Shown here: positions 19,001 to 26,966 of the stretch, in pieces
Position numbering within the stretch: position 1 is the stretch's first letter
How the letters are laid out: each line of letters begins with the position of its first letter
DNA from: an uncultured bacterium
GTDB taxonomy: Bacteria > Omnitrophota > Omnitrophia > Omnitrophales > Aquincolibacteriaceae
DNA: 64,000 nt
Direction of reading: 5' to 3'
Assembly: GCA_964482725.1 (NCBI GenBank)
Contig: CAYZYT010000001.1
Span: forward strand, 4,632 to 68,631
Position numbers and translations under genes: made by a program
Notes under the pieces: generated by a model
What the model saw: the letters and a program-made list of their open reading frames with translations, nothing else
Databases searched by the model: none
Told to the model about the DNA's origin: nothing

Positions 19001-19185
19001 TTTTCGACATCTTGGGAAGGAAGTCCGCCGCGGGCACGCACCACGATCGAGATGATCCCCTGGCTCTGGCCCTGATAGAGTTCCACTTTTAAACGCATGA
19101 GGGAGATGATGCCGATCACGATCACCCCGGCAAAGAGGATGGCCGTAAAAACCGGACGTTTAAGCGCGAAACTGGGGAGTCCCAT
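16087..19185 (-). CDS. RND efflux permease (AcrB/HAE1-like)
   Basis: 1032 aa; GILIDTAVVIMEN, RLRPILMT. Confidence 0.93.
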   Translation of the reverse strand: MGLPSFALKRPVFTAILFAGVIVIGIISLMRLKVELYQGQSQGIISIVVRARGGLPSQDVEKMITKPIEEAIGTVSHMKGLYSSSREAESRVTMEFDPGTDMKFAALEVREKFARVKPLLPKEIEKPVIANYDDAQAAIMVFAVTSQNMSPEEIREMVDIKLKPVISRVDGVASVEVYGGRERKILVELDRDKMVAYNISIERVMDVLGQSNINLLAGNVETGKFEYAVRSMGSFLTVDEVGDIGVKATRQGSIIPLKEIGTIKDSYLEATDQARLNLEQNVTVYVKKSSMSNTLDVAKDLNQVLDSFEREHKENVKVVLVNDRAETIARAIDDVKGALYLGLVLTMGVIYVFIRNWVLAAIILVVIPCSLIATFIFMAALGISINVMTLSGLSLAIGILIDTAVVIMENIFSKKERGFGDAQAIREGSEEVWLPLLTSLLTMLVVFMPIIFIDKTVQLTYGGFAFTISISLIASFFSALMLIPMLIRQFGIAALNAHHKDTSSSFIDKAREKYVNAIRWCITWRWRVVPVVFGLCFLAIYMLARTPIDWPSSFEENEFAVVTFPLAGARLESNDQAMKKLEGILSKIPDITLFSTTVSKDDLRLFVRLKPARKRQFSKDEIMKLIDEQGNAAVKEIHSDYSLIVDEGAGSSEQKKLIVNIYGQDGDELEKLAKEFANKMSKVDGLANLVMTDLRKRPEYSLVVDKGKSAMYGLSVKTVADSMHAQVRGMRPTKFHELSKGEEIETITRLQAIYRQKLDDLGQVYIQTRESRQVLLSEIANFYPSTGPQSIDRRDKHRYVFVKGDVKRPIEKIAADVKKVLQDVKLPDDYYWRFGGGFEELLESKGQLAVALLITVFLVYMVMACLFENYLYPFLIMIKILLNFIGIWIALAITRKPLSTQVFIGMIMLAGYSVNAAILLVDHALHLPEDQSKKERFIQAGVDRLRPILMTAIAAILGFLPMAMSFGQASDLWSPLAVTIIGGLISSTILILFVLPALVMITDDIREIFRAFFSGASEKVRVLSVHKAVQSH

Positions 19186-19187
19186 GA

Positions 19188-22100
19188 TCAGGCCGGGGGA
19201 GGTGTTACGGAGCTTTCTTCAACGGTTTCTTCCTCGTAACCAAGAACCTTTTCCATGAACCGGTTCACGATGATGTAAAAGCACGGAAGTACGATCAGGG
19301 TCAGCACCGTAGAAGAAAAAAGACCTCCCATGGCGGTGATGGCAAGAGGCGACAGAAGTCCTCCGCCCTCCCCAAGACCCAGAGCGATCGGCAACATGCC
19401 CATAATGGTCGTGGTGGACGACATAAGAACAGGACGCGTTCTTGTGCGTACCGCCTCCCAGACGGCTTCGACCATCTCCTTACCTTCCGAGCGGAGCTGA
19501 TTAATATACTCCATCAACACGATCCCATTCCCCACGACCACGCCGCCCAAAAGCACAAGGCCTAAAAGAGAGATCACGTTAAAAGAGCTCCCGGTCACTT
19601 TAAGAGCAATGAGCGCTCCCCCGAAAGAAAGCGGCACGGTGACCATAATGATCAAGGGCTGCAGAAAAGACTCAAACTGGGCCGCCATGATCATATAGAC
19701 AAGCATGATGGCAAGCGCGAACGCGAAAATAACTCCTCCGAAATTCTCCTTGATCTCCTTGGCCTTACCGGAAAGGCGGACCTGGAAATCCTGAGGGATA
19801 TCGGTAGGGACCTTCAGCCCCGCAAGAAATTTTTGAACGTCCGCGAGCACATCCTTGTCCTGACGGGTCTTATCGATCTCCGCCGAAATGGTCACCGTAC
19901 GCTCCTGGTCCATGCGCTTGATCTCACTCGGTCCTTGACCTCGATTGATGGAAGCGATTTCCTTCAAAGGAACGTGAATATCCAAGACCTTCGAGTAAAG
20001 CAAGAGTGTCCCGAGATTCGAGATATTCTCCTTGTCCTTATCGCTTAACCTGACCCGAACATCGATCTCTCGGCCGGCCTCGCGATACTGTGTCGCCACC
20101 ACACCTTCAATGGCCGCTTTCGCGGTAAGGGAGATATCCATCGCCGAAACTCCGTAAAGAGCCGCGCGCTTTTTATTGATCTCGAGCTTCGTCTCTGGCG
20201 TTTTCTCGCCGCTATCATCCTGAATGTTGACGATCCCGGGGATCGCCCCGAGGCGCTCCTTGAGCCGCTTCACAAGTTCTTCCATAGCCATAAAATCATA
20301 CCCCTTCGCCTCGATCAAGATCGGTTTGATACTGCCGGCCCCGACCGAAAATTCGCTTTCCTGGAGTATAAACTCCACCTTGGCTTCATCTTTCTCAAAG
20401 TTCAGCGCTCCGATTTTCTTCTTAAGGGCAGCGACGATCTTGGCGGAAGGCTTTTTCCTTTTCTTATCGAGCGTCACAAGGATAAGCGACTGGGAGGGCC
20501 TCAGGGTCTCGATCTTGATCTCTCCGCGGCTCGTTTTTTCACTGCCGATCGCAACCGAAATATCCTGGACCGTCGGCTCCGAGCGCAGTACCTCTTCCAG
20601 CCGTTTGCAAACCTCGTCCGTGACATTGAGCCGGGTACCGAGAGGCATATCGACCTTCACGTAAAATTGCCCTTGATCCACCTTCGGCAAAACCTCGCGA
20701 TCGATCGTGGGCACTATCAAAAAAGTCGAAGCAAGCACCACGAACGCCGTAAGCAAAATACTGCCCATGAAACGGTTCTGTCCCGTTTTTGTGGGTATCG
20801 ACATGATCTGTTGGTCCAAGTCCCCCGTGAGACTCAGCGGCGTGTACTCCTGCTGTCTCACGGTCACATACGTGGAAAGCAACGCGATCAGCGTCAGCGG
20901 AACAAAAGTCGAGATGATCTGCGAAAAAATGATCGCCCAGGCGAGATCCTTAAAGATCTGGCCGGCAACTCCGGGAACAAAAACGATCAGAGGAAAGAAT
21001 ACGGCGATCGTCGTCAGGTTGGAGGACACGACAGGCCACACCACTTCCGAAGCTCCATCAATAGCGCCTTGTTCCGCATTGGCACCCTCCTGCCGTTTAC
21101 GGAAAATATTCTCCAGCACGACGATACTGGTGTCCGTGATCATCCCGATGGCGATCGCAAGCCCCCCCAAGGACATGATGTTCACCGTCACACCGGCCAT
21201 GGCCATCAAAAAAAACACACCCAAAATGGTCAGCGGAAGCGACACGACCACCAGGACCGACATCGCAATAGCGCGAAGGTAGATATAAAGCGTGATCAGG
21301 GCTAACACACCGCCCTGCATGGCCTGACTCGCCAGATTTTCGATCGTGCCACGGATAAAAATAGAATGGTCGTAAATGATCTTCACCTGAAGCCCGCGGG
21401 AATTCAGGTCTTCATCAAGAAATTTCAGCTCCTTGCGAAGCTTGTCTACGACCTGAATGGTGTTCGCGTTCGACTGTTTTTGAATGGCCACGGAAATATT
21501 CTGAGCCCCGTTATAACGGGAAATGCTGGTCTTATCCGCCAGCCCATCCACCACATTCCCGATATCCTTGACAGTCACGAGGCGCTTCTCGAGCATCTGT
21601 TTTTCAACCTCTCCCCGAAGTCTTTCAATCGTCTGGCGGGGCCCTTCGCTTGTGTCGCGCTCCACAAAACTCAGATCATCCCGGCGGAGTTTTTCCACAT
21701 TATCCACCCCCACCACCGCATATCCGATCTCGGCCACCGTGCGGAAATCTCCGACCGTCCGGATCAGATATTCATAGAGCCCTTTCTTGATACTCCCGGC
21801 CGGGTAGGAGACATTGGCTTCATCCAGGGAATTGACCACCTCCAACAGTGAAAGTTTGTTGGCCTGAAGACGCGGTTGATCGATCTCCACCAGGATCTCG
21901 CGATTTACACCCCCCGAAAGACTGACCGAAGCGACCCCTTCCACTTTCTCCAGGCGATCTTTGATCATTTTCTCGGTCAGGAGTTTCATGCGCACTGGAG
22001 GAAGATCCGGAGCGGTGACCGAAAGCAGAAGGATCGGACGGGAGAGAGGATCGAATTTCAGGACTACCGGATCTTCGGCTTCCTTGGGAAGTCTTTCCTT

Positions 22101-22445
22101 GATGAGATCGACTTTTTCGCGGATCGCCAGCGCCGCGAAATCAATATCCTGACCCCAGTTAAAGGAGGCCATGATGGTGCTGCGGCCTTCTCGCGAAACG
22201 GATTCAATGCGCTTCAAACCCGCCACAGACCCGATTGCTTCCTCCACGACACGTGTGATGAGCGTTTCGATCTCCTCGGGGGCAGCGTTCGAATAATCGG
22301 TGACCACTGTGACTTGAGGGAAAGTGATCGGCGGAAAAAGATCTTGCGGGAGACGCTTGAAAGAAAGAACGCCCAGGAGGATCAGCCCGAGCGTGAACAT
22401 GTAGATCGTGACTTTTTTCTTGATCGCGAATTCTGGGAGGCTCAT
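19188..22445 (-). CDS. RND efflux permease (AcrB/HAE1-like), second subunit
   Basis: 1085 aa; LPQDLFPPITFP, GMITDTSIVVLEN, RTRPVLMS. Confidence 0.93.
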   Translation of the reverse strand: MSLPEFAIKKKVTIYMFTLGLILLGVLSFKRLPQDLFPPITFPQVTVVTDYSNAAPEEIETLITRVVEEAIGSVAGLKRIESVSREGRSTIMASFNWGQDIDFAALAIREKVDLIKERLPKEAEDPVVLKFDPLSRPILLLSVTAPDLPPVRMKLLTEKMIKDRLEKVEGVASVSLSGGVNREILVEIDQPRLQANKLSLLEVVNSLDEANVSYPAGSIKKGLYEYLIRTVGDFRTVAEIGYAVVGVDNVEKLRRDDLSFVERDTSEGPRQTIERLRGEVEKQMLEKRLVTVKDIGNVVDGLADKTSISRYNGAQNISVAIQKQSNANTIQVVDKLRKELKFLDEDLNSRGLQVKIIYDHSIFIRGTIENLASQAMQGGVLALITLYIYLRAIAMSVLVVVSLPLTILGVFFLMAMAGVTVNIMSLGGLAIAIGMITDTSIVVLENIFRKRQEGANAEQGAIDGASEVVWPVVSSNLTTIAVFFPLIVFVPGVAGQIFKDLAWAIIFSQIISTFVPLTLIALLSTYVTVRQQEYTPLSLTGDLDQQIMSIPTKTGQNRFMGSILLTAFVVLASTFLIVPTIDREVLPKVDQGQFYVKVDMPLGTRLNVTDEVCKRLEEVLRSEPTVQDISVAIGSEKTSRGEIKIETLRPSQSLILVTLDKKRKKPSAKIVAALKKKIGALNFEKDEAKVEFILQESEFSVGAGSIKPILIEAKGYDFMAMEELVKRLKERLGAIPGIVNIQDDSGEKTPETKLEINKKRAALYGVSAMDISLTAKAAIEGVVATQYREAGREIDVRVRLSDKDKENISNLGTLLLYSKVLDIHVPLKEIASINRGQGPSEIKRMDQERTVTISAEIDKTRQDKDVLADVQKFLAGLKVPTDIPQDFQVRLSGKAKEIKENFGGVIFAFALAIMLVYMIMAAQFESFLQPLIIMVTVPLSFGGALIALKVTGSSFNVISLLGLVLLGGVVVGNGIVLMEYINQLRSEGKEMVEAVWEAVRTRTRPVLMSSTTTIMGMLPIALGLGEGGGLLSPLAITAMGGLFSSTVLTLIVLPCFYIIVNRFMEKVLGYEEETVEESSVTPPPA

Positions 22446-22568
22446 AGTCTAGTCCCAACCAAGCCCTTCGTTAAAACAACGGTTGGGCCCGTACTGCGAA
22501 CCCTTAAATGGATGAATACCGCAGTGCTGGGAATCACTCTGCGGAGTTGACCTTTCGTCCGCATGGTC

Positions 22569-24014
22569 CTAAAGCTCGGCTTCTTGGGTTTCGATCAAAC
22601 GGACCTTCTTTCCATCCTCCAATCTCTCGAACCCGGTCATGGTGATGAGCTCTCCTTCCGTAAGGCCCGCGTCGATCTGAGAATAGTCGGTGCGGGTGTA
22701 ACCCACGGTCACAGGACGCTTCTCTACGGTCCCTTCCTCGATCTTTTCGGAACCTTTCTCGTTGGTCGCCTTGCCGGCTCCTTTTGAGCTCTTCTTTTCA
22801 GCCTTGTCCTGGCCTTGAGCCCCTGCACTTAACGCCGCGATAGCCCCCAGCCCTCCGCCCATAGCTCCAGCAACTTTGGGTTCTACGGTCTTGGAAGCAG
22901 CACCCTCGGGAAGTTGGATCACATAAACGAACTTCTCGCCTTCGCCACCTTGGATGGCATCCGTCGGGACCACAAGAGCATCCTTCTTACTATAGAGCAT
23001 GACGCGAACACGGGCGAACATCCCCGGCATCATAAAACCTTCCGGATTTTCAATGCGCACCTTAGCGGTCGAAGTCCGGCTTGTCCCCGAGATCTGCGGC
23101 GCAATATTTTCGATCACGCCCTCAAAGGTCTTATCCGGATAAGCGTCCACGAAAACCTTGGCCTTTTGCCCAAGCGTAATCTTCTGGACATCGCGCTCGA
23201 CGATCCCGAACTCGGCGTAAACATACTCCGTATTGATATGGGTCCCGATCAGCGTGCTCTGGCTGATATTTTCCCCTTCCTCAACATTCAGATCTCCCAA
23301 CATCCCGGAGGAGGGCGCATAAAGATTGGATTTCTCAAGCATGGCCTCGTTCGCCTTCATTTCAAGACGTTGAGCCTCGGCTTCGTATTTTGCGGCATCC
23401 ATTTCCAATTTCTTTTTTTCCACCGTCGACGGCGGGATCGCCCCCATCTTCAGGAGCTTTTCATTTTCCGCGACCTCGTTCTCCGTCACCTTGGCTTGAG
23501 ACTCTGCTTTATTGAAAGCCGCCTGAGCCCGCTTCAACCGCAAGAGGATGTCATCCTGTTTCATAGATACGAGCAAAGCACCTTCCTCGTAACGTTCCCC
23601 TTCTTTGTAATTGATCGAGCTGATCACGCCCGGGATCTCGAAACTGAGTTTCAGCTCCATCGCCCCCTTGATCGTCCCAAGCACATTCATGGAATCTTCA
23701 TAATTGAACCGGCCCACTTTGAATCCCTTGACCGCCACCGGCGCATCCTTGGCCGCCTGCTGTTGCTGCTTCATCGTTTCGCTCAAAGAAGGTTGCTTGG
23801 CTTTGAAAAGCCCCATCACCATCTTCCCCCCCAGGAAAAGCCCGAGCACGACCAGAGCGATGATGATCAGACGGACTTTATTCTGAAAAAGCCAAGAACT
23901 TCGCATCGCCTCCGGAACGGGAAGCGGCATTTTGACCGGCCCCTCGGAGGATGGGGATTTGATCCTGAATGAACTCTTTTCGTTTCCGGGATTCTCTTCG
24001 TCTTTCATGTCCAT
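22569..24014 (-). CDS. RND periplasmic adaptor (MFP)
   Basis: TM anchor, lipoyl and hairpin regions; LYAPSSG, MMPGMFARV, VVPTDAI. Confidence 0.92.
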   Translation of the reverse strand: MDMKDEENPGNEKSSFRIKSPSSEGPVKMPLPVPEAMRSSWLFQNKVRLIIIALVVLGLFLGGKMVMGLFKAKQPSLSETMKQQQQAAKDAPVAVKGFKVGRFNYEDSMNVLGTIKGAMELKLSFEIPGVISSINYKEGERYEEGALLVSMKQDDILLRLKRAQAAFNKAESQAKVTENEVAENEKLLKMGAIPPSTVEKKKLEMDAAKYEAEAQRLEMKANEAMLEKSNLYAPSSGMLGDLNVEEGENISQSTLIGTHINTEYVYAEFGIVERDVQKITLGQKAKVFVDAYPDKTFEGVIENIAPQISGTSRTSTAKVRIENPEGFMMPGMFARVRVMLYSKKDALVVPTDAIQGGEGEKFVYVIQLPEGAASKTVEPKVAGAMGGGLGAIAALSAGAQGQDKAEKKSSKGAGKATNEKGSEKIEEGTVEKRPVTVGYTRTDYSQIDAGLTEGELITMTGFERLEDGKKVRLIETQEAEL

Positions 24015-24071
24015 TTTAAGCTCCGCTTGAGATCCTGCTTTTCAAAAAAGGGCCTGCGATCGGGATCGATT

Positions 24072-26027
24072 TTATTTCTTTTGAGGATTTTCCATGCTTA
24101 AAAAATTCTGAATGCCCACAGCGTGATTGAGCGACGCCTTGGCGGAAAAATATTCCTTGAGCGCCTTATGGAGCTCCGCTTTTTCCCGCACGAGATCCGT
24201 TTCAGCCTGAAGATATTCTGAAAGCTCGATCTCTTTTTTGCTCAGCCGGTGTTCGGCAAAATCCCGCAGCCGCTTGCGGTATTCCAGGCGTTTGACCGTG
24301 GAATTCACCTGGATCATGGACTTTTGATAATCGTAGTAGGCCTGCTTAACATCCTGAAGCACTTGTTTCTCAGCCTTCTCGAGCTCCACAACCTGGTTGA
24401 GTTTATCGACCTCAGCCTGTTTCACATTCACAAAAGCATCCAGGCCGTCCAAAACCCCAAAGGTCAGACCGTTCTTTCGGAGGATGGATCCTGAGCCCTG
24501 ATTAAATTGTGTGATCGACGGAGCCTTGTAATCCCGGTCAAACGTATAATTCACCTTGTTGCCGCCAAGATTCCAGTTCATTTCAAGCATGAGCTGCCAT
24601 TCTTTTTTCAACACGGGTTCGTTTTTGGACCCAAGATAATCGCCACCGATCGTGTTCGGATCGAGGTAAGCTTCGCCCAAAGCCCCAAACTGATACGTCA
24701 GATTGGCCTTGGGTAAAAATTCGCCCCACCGGATGCGTTCCCCGAGTCGCGCGGCCTGAAGCTTCGCGGCCTCGACCTGAAGTTCCGGGCGATGCCCGTA
24801 GGAAAGATCGATCAATTTTGAAAGTTCCGGCGCCTTGCCTTCGCCCTTAAAAACATCGGGCAGGGACTTCGTCCCAGCCGCCCCCCCTGCGGGGATCGCC
24901 TGTCCTTCCACCACATCATCAAGGTTATAGATCTTGGCAAGCGTGAACTGATCGTTCACTGAAAGATCGAGGTATTTTTGAAGATCGAGCTTCGCGATCT
25001 CGAGTTCCTGATTCGCGGATTCAAGATCGAACTGCATCTGGCTGTAAAGCGACTGCACGTTCAAACGCTCGATCTCGGAAATGATCTTTTCGTTGAACTT
25101 CTCCTCTGACATTTCCGCAAAACGTTTCATTTTCTCTACCGCGGCGCGATTTTCCTCAGCCGTCTGCAAGGTCCGTTGGTACTCAAAATAAGCACGGGAA
25201 AGATCGTACACGAGTTCGGCAAGGGTCTTGTCGTACTGTTTTTTCGAAGCCTCCAGATTCGCTTTTTCCTGGAGGAGTGTATTCCAGAGGACCCCTCCGT
25301 TAAAAATGGGCTGGCGAAGCGTGACATGCCAATCTTCTCCCGTGAAAGGATTGCTGGTCAGAACGCCCTCGCGGACATTCATGTTAAACGACGCCTCGGG
25401 GAAGAGCTTCCGCAAAGCCAGGAGGACGCGCCGGTTGTAAAGGGCAATATTCTCATGCGCGGCCTTGGCCTGAGTATGGACGGACTGAGCGCGAACGATA
25501 AGATCCTGGAGATCTTTGGCCCCGCCGCTTAGGAATTCTTCTTTCTGCTGGATCTTCATCGGCGTAATGCTGGTCCGGATATAGACCCGGTCCAAATAAG
25601 GCATCTCTTTCGCGCGCTCATCCCGCATCGCCTCCACCTGCTGCTCCACAGCCTTTTCCAGGGCCTTCGTGCGGGCCTTATCTTCAGCCTTTTCGCGCTT
25701 ACTCTGCTTTTTTCCGTTACCGGCTTGAATCTCGATCTTCGCCTCAGGAGCGTCTTTACGTACGGCCACTGGCTCTTCGATCTTGGAAGCCCCCAATACA
25801 GACTGGCTCGGAACTGCGGGGATCGGAATGAAAACGGCCGCGGGAGCGATGGGGGCAAGCGGTTCATAACTCATGCCGGAGGTAGACAGGGCCCGGCTTT
25901 CAGAAGTTGTGGTCATGCCACCCGCCGGCACGGAACCCTCCGAGGCTTGCCCGTGAGAAGGAAACACACAGAGTCCGGCAGCAGCAAAAGACACTAAAAG
26001 AAAGGAAAATATTTTTTTCATAAACAT
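24072..26027 (-). CDS. TolC-family outer membrane channel with N-terminal extension
   Basis: Signal peptide; OEP repeats (LRQPIFNGG, DVKQAYYDY); upstream of the MFP and RND genes. Confidence 0.85.
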   Translation of the reverse strand: MFMKKIFSFLLVSFAAAGLCVFPSHGQASEGSVPAGGMTTTSESRALSTSGMSYEPLAPIAPAAVFIPIPAVPSQSVLGASKIEEPVAVRKDAPEAKIEIQAGNGKKQSKREKAEDKARTKALEKAVEQQVEAMRDERAKEMPYLDRVYIRTSITPMKIQQKEEFLSGGAKDLQDLIVRAQSVHTQAKAAHENIALYNRRVLLALRKLFPEASFNMNVREGVLTSNPFTGEDWHVTLRQPIFNGGVLWNTLLQEKANLEASKKQYDKTLAELVYDLSRAYFEYQRTLQTAEENRAAVEKMKRFAEMSEEKFNEKIISEIERLNVQSLYSQMQFDLESANQELEIAKLDLQKYLDLSVNDQFTLAKIYNLDDVVEGQAIPAGGAAGTKSLPDVFKGEGKAPELSKLIDLSYGHRPELQVEAAKLQAARLGERIRWGEFLPKANLTYQFGALGEAYLDPNTIGGDYLGSKNEPVLKKEWQLMLEMNWNLGGNKVNYTFDRDYKAPSITQFNQGSGSILRKNGLTFGVLDGLDAFVNVKQAEVDKLNQVVELEKAEKQVLQDVKQAYYDYQKSMIQVNSTVKRLEYRKRLRDFAEHRLSKKEIELSEYLQAETDLVREKAELHKALKEYFSAKASLNHAVGIQNFLSMENPQKK

Positions 26028-26153
26028 TGTATTGGCGGCATTTTACCACGGTTCAGGACAGAATCGAAAGCTCTTCTTTTATCGGCAAAGAGGCGTTTTA
26101 GTTAATGCAAAAGATCGATTTCTGGGAATTGCATTTTTCCAAAGATTAACCCG

Positions 26154-26290
26154 TAAAATTTCTTGAAACCCTTCAGCACCGTTCGTTTTTCCCCGGCGTG
26201 GAAAAACTCGCTCGCGCCGTCGGTCTCGCTCGACGGCCCATCCTGCCCGCTTGCCCTCCGGAGCGTGCTTCAGACTCTCATGAAATTCTA
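26154..26290. repeat. TA-bounded MITE-like structured element with imperfect 26-bp TIRs
   Basis: TAAAATTTCTTGAAACCCTTCAGCAC vs reverse complement of the right end TAGAATTTCATGAGAGTCTGAAGCAC (19/26); internal hairpins. Confidence 0.5.
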
Positions 26291-26306
26291 CCCCAGGCCA
26301 TTATTC

Positions 26307-26966
26307 TTAGGACTTCGGATGAAGAGGCTCTTGTCTCCTGAAGGCACCCTTTGTCTTCAAACAGGACGGCACCGCAACCAAAAGCAGCGTGGAATTGCGC
26401 TGGAGAGCATTCGCCAGACGGAACCGCATCCCTCCATAAAAATACAGGTTGTCGCCTTCTTTGAGGATCACGCTGCGCCCTTCCACCTCACCCTCGAACT
26501 GGCCGATCAGCGTCATGATAAAAAAAGAACCGGTTCCGTCCCCACCCAATAGTTTCTCATCAAAATACTTTTGTCCTTCAAGGATCATCTTCCCGCAAAA
26601 AAGATCCTCCATAAGCGGCGTGAAAGAGATCAGCTGAATGCCTTGGGACGGAAGATCGATCTTGCAGAGCCCTTTTTGGGAACCCAGAGAGAAATAGTCG
26701 CGCTGGTCGAATTCGGCCCTACGGAAAAGATCGCTCACGCTCATGCCGAACCCTTTCGCGAGGGCTTCGAGCGTGACCATCGAAGGGTTCCGGATCCTTC
26801 CCTTTTCAAGCGCCACGAGCGTCTTGGGATCGATCCCCTTGCCACGCCGGCAAAGCTCCGCACCGCTCATGCCTTTGTCTGTACGCAACCGCCTCACGAT
26901 CTGGCCTATATCAAGAGGCCGATCGGTTTTTACTTTTTCCACCTTGTCTTTCCTAGGTCTCGGCAT
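26307..26966 (-). CDS. XRE-family HTH plus cupin transcriptional regulator
   Basis: IGQIVRRLR...LEKGRIRNPSMVTLEALAKGF; C-terminal LKEGDNLYF cupin. Confidence 0.88.
   Translation of the reverse strand: MPRPRKDKVEKVKTDRPLDIGQIVRRLRTDKGMSGAELCRRGKGIDPKTLVALEKGRIRNPSMVTLEALAKGFGMSVSDLFRRAEFDQRDYFSLGSQKGLCKIDLPSQGIQLISFTPLMEDLFCGKMILEGQKYFDEKLLGGDGTGSFFIMTLIGQFEGEVEGRSVILKEGDNLYFYGGMRFRLANALQRNSTLLLVAVPSCLKTKGAFRRQEPLHPKS

Noticed and set aside
16087-22445. RND permeases lack the AcrB second Asp and the TM10 Lys
   Set aside because: Such substitutions are common among HAE1-like homologs; not evidence of inactivity.
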